Of a stretch of 64,000 nucleotides of DNA, positions 27,896 through 38,412 are shown one piece after another; position 1 is the stretch's first letter, and every line of letters begins with the position of its first letter. The stretch is from NCBI GenBank assembly GCA_965212075.1, contig OZ243043.1:582763-646762 (forward strand), in the 5' to 3' direction. The position numbers and the translations under genes are program-made. This DNA comes from Alphaproteobacteria bacterium. Its GTDB lineage: Bacteria > Pseudomonadota > Alphaproteobacteria > JAPOUT01 > G958296285. The notes beneath the pieces were generated by a model that ran no database searches, was not told the DNA's origin, and saw only the letters and a program-made list of their open reading frames with translations.

Positions 27896-29434
27896 ATGAA
27901 GAGCAAAACCATTTTGGCTGAACTTGAAGCGCGGCGTGCGCAAGCGCGTTTGGGCGGCGGCGCGGCGCGCATTCAGACTCAGCACGATCAGGGAAAACTG
28001 ACCGCGCGCGAGCGCATTGCTTTGCTGCTTGATCTGGATTCTTTTGAAGAATTTGACATGTTTGTTGAACATGAATGTCAGGATTTTGGCATGGCGCAGA
28101 AGAAGATTGCCGGTGATGGCGTCGTGACCGGCTGGGGGACGATCACCGGCAGGCCGGTCTATGTATTCGCGAAGGATTTCACGGTGTTTGGCGGTTCGCT
28201 GTCGCGTACGCATGCGCGCAAGATCAACAAGGTGCAGGATATGGCTCTGCGCATGGGAGCGCCGCTGATCGGATTATTTGATTCCGGCGGCGCGCGCATT
28301 CAAGAAGGCGTTGATGCGCTGGGCGGCTATGGCGAAGTTTTCACGCGCAACACTTTGGCATCGGGAGTGATCCCGCAGATTTCAGTGATTATGGGGCCTT
28401 GCGCGGGCGGCGATGTTTACTCTCCGGCGATTACCGATTTTATTTTTATGGTGCGTGGCACTTCAACGATGTTTGTCACCGGCCCCGGCGTGGTCAAGAC
28501 GGTGACCAAAGAGGACATCACCGCAGAAGCGCTTGGCGGTGCGCGCTTGCATACGACCAAATCTTCAGTTGCCGATGGCGCTTATGACAATGACGCTGAC
28601 GCGCTCGCGCAGGTTCGCCGCTTGATGGATTTTCTGCCTTTATCCAACCAGACTGCACCGCCGACGCGTCCGAGTGACGACGACCCGCAGCGCTTGGAAT
28701 ATAGTTTGGATAATCTTGTTCCGGCCAATCCGAACAGCCCTTACGACATCAAAGAGGCTATTATCAAAACCGTTGATGAAAATGATTTTTTTGAAATTCA
28801 GGAAAAATTCGCGCGCAATATTGTGGTGGGCTTTGCGCGGCTTGGCGGACAAAGCGTGGGTATTGTGGCGAATCAGCCTTTGGTGCTGGCGGGCGTTTTG
28901 GATTCCGATGCGAGCCGCAAGGCAGCGCGGTTCGTTCGCTTTTGCGACTGCTTCAACATTCCTTTGATCACTTTTGTTGATGTGCCGGGCTTCATGCCGG
29001 GCTCGGCGCAGGAGACGGGTGGTGTCATCAAGCATGGCGCGAAATTGCTGTTTGCCTATGCCGAAGCGACGGTGCCGAAGATCACGGTGATTACGCGCAA
29101 AGCCTATGGCGGCGCTTATGATGTGATGGCCTCCAAACATGTGCGCGCCGACATTAATTACGCATGGCCGAGTGCTGAGATCGCTGTGATGGGCGCTCAG
29201 GGTGCTGTGGAGATTTTATACCGCCGCGATATGGGCGATAAAGAAAAAATCGCTGCGCATATCAAGGAATATGAAGACCAGTTTCTGAATCCTTTTATTG
29301 TCGCGCGGCGGGGATATATTGACGAGATCATCAGGCCGCATAGCACAAGGCGGCGGATCATTCGCGCTTTATTTTCGCTGAAGAATAAGCAAGTTCAAAA
29401 CCCATGGAAAAAACACGATAACATTCCGCTTTGA
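27896..29434 (+). CDS. pccB: Propionyl-CoA (acyl-CoA) carboxylase beta subunit, carboxyltransferase
   Basis: N-terminus [41 protein letters not shown] and 512 aa. Both carboxyltransferase halves are present. Confidence 0.88.
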   Translation: MKSKTILAELEARRAQARLGGGAARIQTQHDQGKLTARERIALLLDLDSFEEFDMFVEHECQDFGMAQKKIAGDGVVTGWGTITGRPVYVFAKDFTVFGGSLSRTHARKINKVQDMALRMGAPLIGLFDSGGARIQEGVDALGGYGEVFTRNTLASGVIPQISVIMGPCAGGDVYSPAITDFIFMVRGTSTMFVTGPGVVKTVTKEDITAEALGGARLHTTKSSVADGAYDNDADALAQVRRLMDFLPLSNQTAPPTRPSDDDPQRLEYSLDNLVPANPNSPYDIKEAIIKTVDENDFFEIQEKFARNIVVGFARLGGQSVGIVANQPLVLAGVLDSDASRKAARFVRFCDCFNIPLITFVDVPGFMPGSAQETGGVIKHGAKLLFAYAEATVPKITVITRKAYGGAYDVMASKHVRADINYAWPSAEIAVMGAQGAVEILYRRDMGDKEKIAAHIKEYEDQFLNPFIVARRGYIDEIIRPHSTRRRIIRALFSLKNKQVQNPWKKHDNIPL

Positions 29435-29437
29435 GTC

Positions 29438-31516
29438 ATGTTCAACAAGATATTGATAGCTAATCGCGGTGAGATCGCCTGCCGGATCATCAAAACGGCG
29501 CGGCGTCTGGGCATCAAGACGGTCGCGGTTTATTCCGAAGCCGATGAGCAAGCACTTCATGTGCGGCAGGCGGATGAGGCGGTTTTGCTAGGCGCGCCGT
29601 CGGCTTCGCAGTCTTATCTTGTGATGGATAAAATCATTGAGGCCGCGCGCAAGACCGGCGCTGAGGCGCTTCATCCGGGCTATGGCTTTTTGTCTGAAAA
29701 CACTGCTTTTGCTGAAGCTGTGGTTGCGGCGGGGATCACGTTTATCGGGCCAAATGTCAAGGCGATTCAGGTGATGGGCGACAAGATCGTCTCCAAGAAA
29801 TATGCGCAAGACGCGCAAGTCAGCATCATTCCCGGCCATCCGGATGCCTGCGCAACACAAGATGATGCGCTTCATGCGGCTATGGATATTGGCTTTCCGG
29901 TGATGATCAAAGCTGCCGCTGGCGGCGGCGGCAAGGGGATGCGCGTTGCGCGTGATGAAAGAGATTTAACCGAGGGTTTTGCTGCCGCAGGTCGAGAGGC
30001 TGAATCTTCATTTGGCGATGGCCGCGTATTTATAGAAAAATATATTGACAGCCCGCGCCATATTGAAATTCAGATTTTATGCGATCGGCATGGTCATGGC
30101 ATTCATCTGGGCGAGCGGGAATGTTCCATCCAGCGGCGCAACCAGAAAGTGATTGAGGAAACGCCCAGCCCCTTTTTGGATGAAGCGACCCGCGAAAAAA
30201 TGGGCGCTGAGTCTTTGACGCTCGCACAGGCGGTGGGCTATGACAGCGCCGGGACGGTGGAGTTTGTGGTTGATCCGCAGCGCAATTTTTATTTTCTTGA
30301 GATGAATACGCGGCTTCAAGTAGAGCATCCTGTGACGGAGTTGGTGACCGGCCTTGATCTAGTGGAAGAGATGATCCGCATTGCTGCTGGAGAGCCTCTG
30401 CGCCATGAGCAAAGCGACGTTAAAATAGCGAATGCTGATATGCGTGGCAGTTCCAATGGGAGGAGGAAATATAATCACGCGATGGAAGCGCGGCTTTATG
30501 CCGAGAATCCACAAAAGGGATTTATGCCATCAACCGGACGGCTGTCTTGGTTTCGGCCTCCGGATTCAGACTCGTGTGATGTTGAGTTTCGCTTGGACAC
30601 AGGCGTTGAGGAGGGCGATAGCATTTCGGTTTTTTATGATCCGATGATCGCGAAACTGATTACCTATGGCGATAGCCGTCAAGAGACGGTAAAAAAAATG
30701 AGCGATGTGCTTAACCGGTTTCAGCTATCGGGCATTGATCATAATCTGCTTTTTCTGAACGCGATTTTCAACCATGCGGATTTTCTTGCCGGAGATATTG
30801 ACACGGGCTTTATTGCCAAAACATGGCCGGACGGCTTCAAGAGCGCTGCGCTTGATCAGGGGAGTCAAAAAATATTTTTATCTGCGGCATTGGACATTCA
30901 CCTCAAGAACCACCGCCGCGCCGGGCAATTAACCGGAGGGCATTTATCGCCCTATCATGGTGACTCGCTTGCGGTCTATTTGGATGACAGCCATCAGGCG
31001 GTCACTTTGCTGCCGGAGTTTTCCGATCACAGCGATCATTGGCACATCAAAGAAGGCAGCGAGGAGTGGGCGGTCAAAAAAGTGAACTGGCGCTTTGGCG
31101 CGAGGGTTTGGACAGCCAAAGTAGCTGGCGAGCATGTCGCGCTGCAAATGGAGCCCATCGCGGGTGGCTATCGGCTTTTTTATAATGGCGCGGCGGTCAA
31201 TGTCTATGTACGCACGCGCGCCGCGCAGCAGATTGCGGCTTTATTGCCGCAGCGCGAGGAGGGTGCACTTGATACCGAGCTGCTCTGCCCGATGCCCGGA
31301 CAGATCACCGAAATTCATGTCAAAGAAGGCGAGCTTGTCAGTGTCGGACAGCCTCTGGCGACGATTGAGGCGATGAAAATGGAAAATATCCTCCGCGCTG
31401 AAAACGATGTCGTGATCAAAAAGATTCTTTGCCAAGCGGGGCAGAGTCTGAGCTGCGATGATCTGGTGATGACGTTTGACCGGCCTCCTGAAAAATCTGC
31501 TCAAAAGAAACCTTAA
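29438..31516 (+). CDS. pccA: Propionyl-CoA (acyl-CoA) carboxylase alpha subunit: biotin carboxylase plus biotin carboxyl carrier domain
   Basis: MFNKILIANRGEIACRIIKTARRLGIKTVAVYSEAD marks the biotin carboxylase. The C-terminal biotinyl domain carries the AMKMEN motif. Total 692 aa. Confidence 0.9.
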   Translation: MFNKILIANRGEIACRIIKTARRLGIKTVAVYSEADEQALHVRQADEAVLLGAPSASQSYLVMDKIIEAARKTGAEALHPGYGFLSENTAFAEAVVAAGITFIGPNVKAIQVMGDKIVSKKYAQDAQVSIIPGHPDACATQDDALHAAMDIGFPVMIKAAAGGGGKGMRVARDERDLTEGFAAAGREAESSFGDGRVFIEKYIDSPRHIEIQILCDRHGHGIHLGERECSIQRRNQKVIEETPSPFLDEATREKMGAESLTLAQAVGYDSAGTVEFVVDPQRNFYFLEMNTRLQVEHPVTELVTGLDLVEEMIRIAAGEPLRHEQSDVKIANADMRGSSNGRRKYNHAMEARLYAENPQKGFMPSTGRLSWFRPPDSDSCDVEFRLDTGVEEGDSISVFYDPMIAKLITYGDSRQETVKKMSDVLNRFQLSGIDHNLLFLNAIFNHADFLAGDIDTGFIAKTWPDGFKSAALDQGSQKIFLSAALDIHLKNHRRAGQLTGGHLSPYHGDSLAVYLDDSHQAVTLLPEFSDHSDHWHIKEGSEEWAVKKVNWRFGARVWTAKVAGEHVALQMEPIAGGYRLFYNGAAVNVYVRTRAAQQIAALLPQREEGALDTELLCPMPGQITEIHVKEGELVSVGQPLATIEAMKMENILRAENDVVIKKILCQAGQSLSCDDLVMTFDRPPEKSAQKKP

Positions 31517-32114
31517 GCGCGGCGTCAAGCGCAGCCATAGACACAGAGCGTCCCAGCGCGTGGAGGCTCGTGACCTTCTCATCTTTTATGCCGCAGGGGA
31601 TAATTCCCGAAAAATGCTCCAGATCGGGACATAGATTGATGGCAATGCCATGTGAGCTGATCCAGCGGCTCAACCGGACGCCGATGGCAGCGATTTTTTG
31701 ATTCTGCACCCAGATGCCGGTTTGCGCGGTGCGGCGCTCGCCGACCAGATCAAAAGCGGCGAGGGTTAAGATTACCCACTCTTCAAGCTGTGCAACAAAG
31801 CGGCGGACATCACGACCGCGCCGGTTCAAATCAAGCATCAAATAGACCACACGCTGGCCGGGTCCGTGATAGGTCATTTTTCCGCCGCGGCGAGTTTTAT
31901 AGATAGAAAAGCGGTTTATCTCCAAAACCTCATCTGATTTCGCAGATACGCCCGCCGTGTAAAGTGGCGGATGTTCCAAAAGCCAGACTTTTTCGGGGAT
32001 ATTCGGATTTTTGTGCAAGTCCTGCACGTAGGTTTCCATCAGATCCATCGCGCGCGGATAGGGGGTAAGCCCCTGAGAAACAACCCATTTTATATTTTTG
32101 ATGTTATTTAACAT
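31416..32114 (-). CDS. lipB: Lipoyl(octanoyl) transferase
   Basis: VWLLEHPPLYTAGVSAKSDEVLE...KTRRGGKMTYHGPGQRVVYLMLDL is the LipB catalytic core. The 3' end overlaps pccA by about 100 bp on the opposite strand. Confidence 0.9.
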   Translation of the reverse strand: MLNNIKNIKWVVSQGLTPYPRAMDLMETYVQDLHKNPNIPEKVWLLEHPPLYTAGVSAKSDEVLEINRFSIYKTRRGGKMTYHGPGQRVVYLMLDLNRRGRDVRRFVAQLEEWVILTLAAFDLVGERRTAQTGIWVQNQKIAAIGVRLSRWISSHGIAINLCPDLEHFSGIIPCGIKDEKVTSLHALGRSVSMAALDAALKVSFEQIFQEAGQTSSPDHRSSDSAPLGKESF

Positions 32115-32165
32115 AAAAAAATCGTTATTTATAAAAAATTACATACTTTCTTTGCATTTTTATCC

Positions 32166-32690
32166 TTGAAGTGCGAAGCTCTATATATGTTGCCGATTAT
32201 TATGAATATAGCCGACCAAAAGATCGTCCTCATTGGCGAGGGCGAGGCCTTTGATCGCCGCCACGCGATGATTCAAAAAGCCGGTGGCCATGATATTTTA
32301 ATTAATCCGGAAAATATAGAGGAGATTCCAGCGCGCAGCCTTGTGTTTATCGCCGGTCTGCCGCTTGAGGAAGCGCGGCGCAAAGCGGATCAGGCGGCGG
32401 CGGCGGGCGCGTTCGTCAATACCGAAGACGTGCCGCCTCTATGCGATTTTCATATGCCTGCTCAGGTGCGGCGCGGCGATGTTTTATTTACCGTATCCAC
32501 AGGCGGGCGCTCTCCGGCGCTTGCGCGGCTGCTGCGGCAGGATTTGGAGAAAAAATACGGCGCAGAGTGGAGCCGACATTTAGACCTGCTCGCGGCCAAA
32601 CGCGCCCAGTGGCGCACCCAAGGCATGAATCCCAGCGAAATATCCCAAGCGGCGCAAGAAATTGTTGAGAAAGAAAAATGGCTCAGCTAA
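32166..32690 (+). CDS. Precorrin-2 dehydrogenase / sirohydrochlorin ferrochelatase-like protein (stand-alone CysG N-terminal domain, SirC-like)
   Basis: A Rossmann motif KIVLIGEGEAFDRRHAMIQKAGGHDILI and ...LFTVSTGGRSPALARLLRQDLEK are typical of the CysG N-terminal/Met8 domain. Confidence 0.65.
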   Translation: MKCEALYMLPIIMNIADQKIVLIGEGEAFDRRHAMIQKAGGHDILINPENIEEIPARSLVFIAGLPLEEARRKADQAAAAGAFVNTEDVPPLCDFHMPAQVRRGDVLFTVSTGGRSPALARLLRQDLEKKYGAEWSRHLDLLAAKRAQWRTQGMNPSEISQAAQEIVEKEKWLS

Positions 32691-33448
32691 ACCCTATCGG
32701 CATAGATTCCGAACCACAGGCGCTTTTGTCGCGCTTGGCTGTCTTGCAGGCGCAATATCAAGATTTGGATGCCACGAGTCTGCTTGAAACGGCCATCAAA
32801 GAAACTTTTGCTGGTAAAATCGCGATGGTTTCGTCTTTTGGGGCGGAATCGGTTATTGAACTTCACCTGCTTTCGCAGATTGATCCCTCCGTGCCGGTGA
32901 TTTTTCTTAATACCGGCAAGATGTTTCCGGAGACTTTGCGTTATCGGGATTTGCTGCAAGATCGCCTTGGCCTGACCGATGTCCGCGCGGTCGGCCCCGA
33001 CCCGAAAGACCGCGCGCGGCTTGATCCACAGGGCATATTATGGAGTCGCAATCCCGATATGTGCTGTCATTTTCGCAAAGTGCTGCCCCTTGAGCAGGCG
33101 CTGGAGGGATTTGACGCCGCGATCACAGGCCGCAAAAGATTCCAGACCCTTTCGCGGCAGAATATGCAAAAAATTGAACTGATTCGCCGTCCGGAAGGTT
33201 TTGAGGGCTTTCGCTTCATGCTCAATCCGCTTGCGGCGTGGAGCGCTGAAAAGCTGGCGCAATATATGACCACGCACAAATTGCCGCGCCATCCGCTCGT
33301 CAAGGACGGCTATTTGTCCATTGGCTGCATGCCATGCACTGACCGCGTCGCAGAGGGTGGTGATTACCGCTCTGGCCGCTGGACAGGCCGTCAAAAAGAT
33401 GAATGTGGCATTCACCAATCCTCTTTTACCGGCGGTGAAGGCATTTGA
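32678..33448 (+). CDS. cysH: Phosphoadenosine phosphosulfate (PAPS/APS) reductase
   Basis: IAMVSSFGAESVIELHLLSQIDPSVPVIFLNTGKMFPETLRY is a PP-loop. The C-terminus has a Cys cluster (CC...C..C) with ECGIH, characteristic of CysH. Confidence 0.9.
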   Translation: MAQLNPIGIDSEPQALLSRLAVLQAQYQDLDATSLLETAIKETFAGKIAMVSSFGAESVIELHLLSQIDPSVPVIFLNTGKMFPETLRYRDLLQDRLGLTDVRAVGPDPKDRARLDPQGILWSRNPDMCCHFRKVLPLEQALEGFDAAITGRKRFQTLSRQNMQKIELIRRPEGFEGFRFMLNPLAAWSAEKLAQYMTTHKLPRHPLVKDGYLSIGCMPCTDRVAEGGDYRSGRWTGRQKDECGIHQSSFTGGEGI

Positions 33449-33589
33449 GTCTCCCTGATCATCAAGATCGCTTCACGGATTATTAACCTTTACGCAACAT
33501 TTTTAACCTATATAAAACACTTATCGGAAATTGTTTTTTAGAAGGGTTGTGAGTTGTGCTCTATGCGTTTACAAAAAAAACATGGCTGA

Positions 33590-33674
33590 GCGGTCGTGGC
33601 GGAATTGGTAGACGCGCAGCGTTGAGGGCGCTGTGGGGCAACCCGTGGAAGTTCGAGTCTTCTCGACCGCACCA
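33590..33674 (+). tRNA. tRNA-Leu (anticodon GAG)
   Basis: Cloverleaf folded by hand. Acceptor GCGGTCG/CGACCGC, 3-bp D-stem with an 11-nt D-loop, anticodon stem CAGCG/CGCTG, loop UUGAGGG (U33, anticodon GAG), long variable arm GGGG/CCC, T-arm GGAAG-TTCGAGT-CTTCT, discriminator A, encoded CCA. Confidence 0.9.
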
Positions 33675-33718
33675 TATTTATTGTGAGGGTAAGACATATA
33701 ATCTAGAAGGGATTAGTC

Positions 33719-35104
33719 ATGTCTGAAGCGAATCCGATCCGTAAAAATGGCGAAATCAATCAGGAAACTGTGCGGCGCGTGGCGCTGGACATCACGAACA
33801 AACAGCATGACGATGTCAGAGACATTGGCAAAGGTCTGCATTATGTGGATTTTGCTGACCTGATTAAAAATCTGCCGCCGATTCACCGCGTCAAGATCGT
33901 CGAGATTATGGGAGATGATTTTGACCCGCGCATCTGGATGGAGCTGGATGAGACCGTTCGTGACAAAATCGCGATCAAGCTGGGTCCGCAATTTATTACG
34001 CATCAAGTTGCGCAGATGGATTCGCATGATGCACTTTTTCTTCTTCATCATTTGCCTGAATCCGAGCAGCGTGAAATTCTTGCCAACCAAGAGGTTCCGG
34101 AGTGGGAAAAGGCCGAAATTCAAGAATCGCTTCATTACAAAGAGGGGACGGCTGGCCACATCATGCATCATGATGTTGCCAAAGCGCCAGCATCTTGGAC
34201 CGTAAAGCGATTAAATCAATTTCTGCATGAAGCGGAAGATCTGCCAAAGAATTTTTTGGAAGTCTATTTGCTTAACGAACAGGAAAAGCCGATCGGCAGC
34301 GTTCCGTTAAACAAAATCGCGCGCGCGCAGGATGATGTCGTTTTGGAGACTCTCATTGAGGATAGGCCGATTTTCATTCCGGTTGATCTCAAGCAGAGCG
34401 ATGTTGCGTTTCGTTTTAAGAAATATCATTTGGTTTCAGCCGGCGTGGTCAATGAGGTGGGCAGACTGGTAGGCCGGATTACGTCTGATGATGCGGTTGG
34501 CATCATCGCCGACGAGGCAGAAAAAGAATTTAAACAATTGGGCGGCGTGAGCGGCGATAGTTTGTTTAATGATATCGGCGCGGCGACGCAGGGGCGCTTC
34601 AAATGGCTTTTTGTGAACCTCATTACAGCGATAATGGCTTCTATCGTGATCGGTATTTTTGACGCAACGATTGAAAAAATGGTTGCGCTTGCGGTGTTGA
34701 TGCCGATTGTCGCATCAATGGGCGGCGTTGCGGGGACGCAGACTCTGACGATCGCGGTGCGCGCGATCGCGACTCATGATTTGCGTTCTAACAACCAGAT
34801 GCGCGTCGTTTATCGCGAGCTGGTGATCGGCTCTTTGAACGGCGCTGCTTTTTCAATTTTGCTGGGCATTGCGGCGGGCTTTTGGGCTGGCTTTGGCGTT
34901 GGCTGGGTTTTATCTTTGGCCTTGATCATCACGATGGTCGTGGCGGCGCTGGCGGGTGTTTTGATTCCGGTATTGCTTGAAAGGCTGGGTGCTGATCCGG
35001 CTTTATCTTCGGGCGTTTTTGTGACGACGGTCACCGATGTAATCGGTTTCCTTATGTTTTTGGGCACGGCGACGTATTTTTTACTGCCCCATTTGCCGAA
35101 TTGA
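33719..35104 (+). CDS. mgtE: Magnesium transporter MgtE
   Basis: An MgtE N-domain, tandem CBS region and C-terminal TM domain (...VTTVTDVIGFLMFLGTAT...); 461 aa. Confidence 0.92.
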   Translation: MSEANPIRKNGEINQETVRRVALDITNKQHDDVRDIGKGLHYVDFADLIKNLPPIHRVKIVEIMGDDFDPRIWMELDETVRDKIAIKLGPQFITHQVAQMDSHDALFLLHHLPESEQREILANQEVPEWEKAEIQESLHYKEGTAGHIMHHDVAKAPASWTVKRLNQFLHEAEDLPKNFLEVYLLNEQEKPIGSVPLNKIARAQDDVVLETLIEDRPIFIPVDLKQSDVAFRFKKYHLVSAGVVNEVGRLVGRITSDDAVGIIADEAEKEFKQLGGVSGDSLFNDIGAATQGRFKWLFVNLITAIMASIVIGIFDATIEKMVALAVLMPIVASMGGVAGTQTLTIAVRAIATHDLRSNNQMRVVYRELVIGSLNGAAFSILLGIAAGFWAGFGVGWVLSLALIITMVVAALAGVLIPVLLERLGADPALSSGVFVTTVTDVIGFLMFLGTATYFLLPHLPN

Positions 35105-35532
35105 TGGCCGCAGGGCTTCACCTTGTCAAATTATGCGTAGGCGTTGAAACTCCAGCAGAGCTGGCGCGGCTTCAGAAGAAAAAAAGAGACGGGCTTTATC
35201 ACGATACGCGCGCTTTTCCGAAAAGGGCTGCGGAGATTCTCGATGGCGGTTCTTTATATTGGGTGTTTCGCGGGCTGATCCGCGCGCGGCAGAGGATCAA
35301 GGCGTTTGAGCCGGTTCGTGATGATGATGGCATGAAGAAATGCCGCATATTTTTTGCGCCGGAGCTTTATTTGACTCACGCGCAGCCGCGGCGCGCTTTT
35401 CAAGGCTGGCGCTATTTGGAAGCCGACGCCGCGCCCAAAGACCTCACGCCGCACGACAAAGATTTCGCTGACATGCCTGACGATATGCGCCAAGAACTTA
35501 TGGAGCTGGGGATGTTTTCCCGGTATACGTAG
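35101..35532 (+). CDS. DUF1489 family protein (conserved alphaproteobacterial)
   Basis: LHLVKLCVGVETPAELARLQ...LYHDTRAFPKRAAEILDGGSLYWVFRGLI matches the DUF1489 pattern. The ATGA start overlaps the mgtE stop. Confidence 0.7.
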   Translation: MMAAGLHLVKLCVGVETPAELARLQKKKRDGLYHDTRAFPKRAAEILDGGSLYWVFRGLIRARQRIKAFEPVRDDDGMKKCRIFFAPELYLTHAQPRRAFQGWRYLEADAAPKDLTPHDKDFADMPDDMRQELMELGMFSRYT

Positions 35533-35935
35533 CAAAAGACCAGCGATAGCCGTCAGGGTCTTTGACCTGACACATGCGATCGCCCCAGAACATATCTTGA
35601 AGCGCAGAGCTTTCCGTCGCACCAGCGGCGAGCGCCTGTTTGAACAAGGCGTCCACATCGGGGCAGTAAAGATAAAGCCCAATCGGCGAGGCCGTGCCGC
35701 TATGCGCCGGAGACTCCCAGTCCATGTCGGGCGTGCTGGGCGCGGGCGAAAACATCACAACGGCTCTGTCTTGAAAAGACATCCCGATATGAATGGGTTT
35801 GCCGTCCTCGCCTTCAAGGCGCTCCATTTGGGTGAAGCCGAACGCCTTTTGATAAAAGGCCGACATCGCATCGGCATCGCGCACGGTCAGATAGGCCATC
35901 AGCGGGCTCGTGTTTTTAGGAATATATTTTGTCAT
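35498..35935 (-). CDS. VOC-family (glyoxalase/bleomycin-resistance fold) protein
   Basis: ATG at 35935 is preceded by GAGGAGGA. The PhnB-like sequence is MTKYIPKNTSPLMAYLTVRDADAMSAFYQKAFGF.... Confidence 0.75.
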   Translation of the reverse strand: MTKYIPKNTSPLMAYLTVRDADAMSAFYQKAFGFTQMERLEGEDGKPIHIGMSFQDRAVVMFSPAPSTPDMDWESPAHSGTASPIGLYLYCPDVDALFKQALAAGATESSALQDMFWGDRMCQVKDPDGYRWSFATYTGKTSPAP

Positions 35936-35948
35936 TTTGTCCTCCTCA

Positions 35949-37145
35949 TTAAAGCTTAAACAGAGACACTTGGTCGCCTTTGCGCGCCGCTGTCGCATGA
36001 GGCGGGCGCACGATCAACCCTTGGCTCTGGGATAGAGTATAAAGCATTGCGCTATCTTGCTGCGAAAAAATTTTTCCGTGCCAGATATTGTTTTTCAGCG
36101 TGAGTTGAGCGCGCAGATAATCTTGACGGCTGTCATTGGCCGGAAGGTCGGAATCGGTGATGATGCTCATCATGCGGTTTTCGGGCGCGGTGCCGAGCAG
36201 AGCGGCAATGCAGGGCAGCGCAAAAATATAAGCGCAGACCAAAGCCGAAACCGGATTGCCCGGCAGCCCCATCACCAGAATTGATCCCATTTTGCCGAAT
36301 AATAAAGGCTTGCCCGGCCTCATGGCGATGCCGTGAAAAATTGCGGCAAAGCCTTGTTCTTCCAAAGCCGCGCGGATGAGGTCGCGCCCGCCGACCGATA
36401 CGCCGCCGCTTGTGATCAGCATATCGGCCTCTTGCGCGCGCGGGAGCGCTTCACCCAACGCTGCCATATTGTCGCCGACTTCGCCTAAATCAATCACCTC
36501 CGCGCCATGGTCGCGCAGCAAAGCGGCCAAGCCAAAAGAATTGGCCGAGACGATTTTATCTTGATCGCGCGCTTTTCCGGGCCGCACCAGCTCATCGCCG
36601 GAAGCGAGCAAAGCGATCTTCGGCTTTTTGCGCACCGGCAAACGCGGGACATCCATAGACGCCGCCAAACCGATGCGCGCCGGTGTGAGCTTTGCTCCAG
36701 CTGTGAGCAGCACATCACCCTCGCTAAAATCCAACCCGCGCGGGCGTATATATTTTCCCTCCGGCAATTTTTCGGCGATGTCAATGATATCGCCGTTTTC
36801 TTTCACCACTTCTAGCGGCGCGATGGCATCGGCGCCTTCGGGCACAGGCGCGCCGGTATGGATGCGCACCGCTTGGCTATCGTGAAGCGCTGCGGCGAAT
36901 CTATGTCCGGCGGCGGCCTGTCCGATAATTTTGAACTGCCCGGGCGTTTGGCGCGCGCGCACTGCGAACCCATCCATCGCTGATGCGGGGAAGGGCGGCT
37001 GGCTGCGCCGCGCTTTTATGTCTTCAGCGAGAATCCGTCCGCCTGCCTCCATCAGATCTATTTGTTCGTCCGATATTTCGGTGGATATTTCCGCGCAGGA
37101 ATGGGCAATGCGACGCAGCGCCTCATCAACGGAAATCAGACTCAT
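35949..37145 (-). CDS. moeA: Molybdopterin molybdotransferase
   Basis: [12 protein letters not shown]...[13 protein letters not shown]...[13 protein letters not shown] and 398 aa; all MoeA domains are present. Confidence 0.92.
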   Translation of the reverse strand: MSLISVDEALRRIAHSCAEISTEISDEQIDLMEAGGRILAEDIKARRSQPPFPASAMDGFAVRARQTPGQFKIIGQAAAGHRFAAALHDSQAVRIHTGAPVPEGADAIAPLEVVKENGDIIDIAEKLPEGKYIRPRGLDFSEGDVLLTAGAKLTPARIGLAASMDVPRLPVRKKPKIALLASGDELVRPGKARDQDKIVSANSFGLAALLRDHGAEVIDLGEVGDNMAALGEALPRAQEADMLITSGGVSVGGRDLIRAALEEQGFAAIFHGIAMRPGKPLLFGKMGSILVMGLPGNPVSALVCAYIFALPCIAALLGTAPENRMMSIITDSDLPANDSRQDYLRAQLTLKNNIWHGKIFSQQDSAMLYTLSQSQGLIVRPPHATAARKGDQVSLFKL

Positions 37146-37612
37146 CGCCGCCAGTCTCCGGATTTGCCGCCGCTCTTGCTCATCAGGCGGATATCCTCAA
37201 TGACCATCGCGCGGTCAATCGCTTTGGCCATATCGTAAATCGTCAGGCAGGCAACCGAAACGGCTACCATCGCCTCCATCTCAACGCCGGTGCGCGAGAC
37301 CGTCCGCGCCACCGCCGCGACAGTAATCCGATCTTTTTCAAAAGAAAAATCCACGCCGATATGATCCAGCGCCAAAGAATGGCAGAGCGGAATCAGCGCG
37401 GCGGTTTTTTTAGCCGCCATAATCCCCGCAAGCCGCGCAGCCGCCAAAACATCGCCTTTAGCGATATTGGCTTCGCGGATCGCCGCAAGCGTCTCAGGCT
37501 TCATCTGCACCGCGCCGCGCGCTTCGGCTTCGCGCAGGCTTTCGGGCTTGGCCGAAACATCCACCATCTGGGCAGCGCCATCCGGCGATATATGGGAAAG
37601 CTTTTTGCTCAT
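37142..37612 (-). CDS. moaC: Cyclic pyranopterin monophosphate synthase accessory protein
   Basis: [27 protein letters not shown]...IPLCHSL; 156 aa. Confidence 0.92.
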   Translation of the reverse strand: MSKKLSHISPDGAAQMVDVSAKPESLREAEARGAVQMKPETLAAIREANIAKGDVLAAARLAGIMAAKKTAALIPLCHSLALDHIGVDFSFEKDRITVAAVARTVSRTGVEMEAMVAVSVACLTIYDMAKAIDRAMVIEDIRLMSKSGGKSGDWRR

Positions 37613-38412
37613 TGCCTGTCTCTTAAAATAAGCTCTTGCAATTTTTTTGTGATATTTTTTTCTCTCATCAAAGTTTCGCCGATCAGGAAGGCGCTGACAT
37701 TGATATCAAGCATCCGTTCAATATCCGCGCGGGTCGCGATGCCACTCTCGCAGATGACCAGCCGGTCCGCAGGCACAAGGGGTGCAAGCCGCTTCGTAAT
37801 CGCAAGATCGGTCGTGAATCGCTTGAGGTCGCGATTATTAATGCCGATGAGCTTGGTGTCCAGCATCAAAGCGCGCTCAAGATCACGTTCGTCATGGACT
37901 TCGGGCAGCACATCCATGCCCCAGCCTTGCGCGGCGGCGGCGAGTTCGGCGGCTTGGCCGTCATCAAGCGCGCGCATAATCAGCAGGATGCAGTCAGCGC
38001 CGAGCGCGCGCGCCAGCGCCATCTGCCAGACATCGTAAAAGAAATCCTTGCATAAAACCGGCAGGCCGCAGGCCTTGCGCGCTTGGGTCAGATAATCGCC
38101 CTGACCTTGAAAAAACCGCTCATCGGTCAGCACCGACAGGCAGGCCGCGCCGCCTTGCTCGCTGGCACGAGCGAGCGCGGCGGGGTCAAAACTTTCGCGG
38201 ATGAGGCCGCGTGAAGGCGACGCCTTTTTGAGCTCGGCGATGATCGCAACATCATTTGCTGATTTTTTCCGCAAAGTTTCCGCGAAAGGGCGCAGAGGCG
38301 GCGCGGCGCGCGCGGCCTGTTCCAAGCGAAGCAGAGGCTGGTTTTTTTTGCCCTGTGCGATCTCCTGATGTTTGTGCCGGGCGATGGTGGTTAAAATATC
38401 GGCTTCATTCAT
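37609..38412 (-). CDS. trpC: Indole-3-glycerol phosphate synthase
   Basis: Translation from ATG 38412 begins [19 protein letters not shown] and ends ...[15 protein letters not shown]...FLIGETLM, 267 aa. The trpD stop overlaps this start (ATGAATGA). The longer TTG ORF from 38502 would overlap trpD by about 100 bp. Confidence 0.88.
   Translation of the reverse strand: MNEADILTTIARHKHQEIAQGKKNQPLLRLEQAARAAPPLRPFAETLRKKSANDVAIIAELKKASPSRGLIRESFDPAALARASEQGGAACLSVLTDERFFQGQGDYLTQARKACGLPVLCKDFFYDVWQMALARALGADCILLIMRALDDGQAAELAAAAQGWGMDVLPEVHDERDLERALMLDTKLIGINNRDLKRFTTDLAITKRLAPLVPADRLVICESGIATRADIERMLDINVSAFLIGETLMREKNITKKLQELILRDRQ

Noticed and set aside
33449-35104. tRNA-Leu as a possible genomic-island integration site
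   Set aside because: The tRNA is followed directly by mgtE and a DUF1489 gene, both core-type. I see no integrase, no direct repeat of the tRNA 3' end and no compositional shift, so there is no evidence for an island.
36983-38038. 351-aa ORF on the plus strand
   Set aside because: It is antisense to moeA, moaC and trpC, which are all unambiguous. Its translation is dominated by R/S/A runs and it is a shadow ORF.
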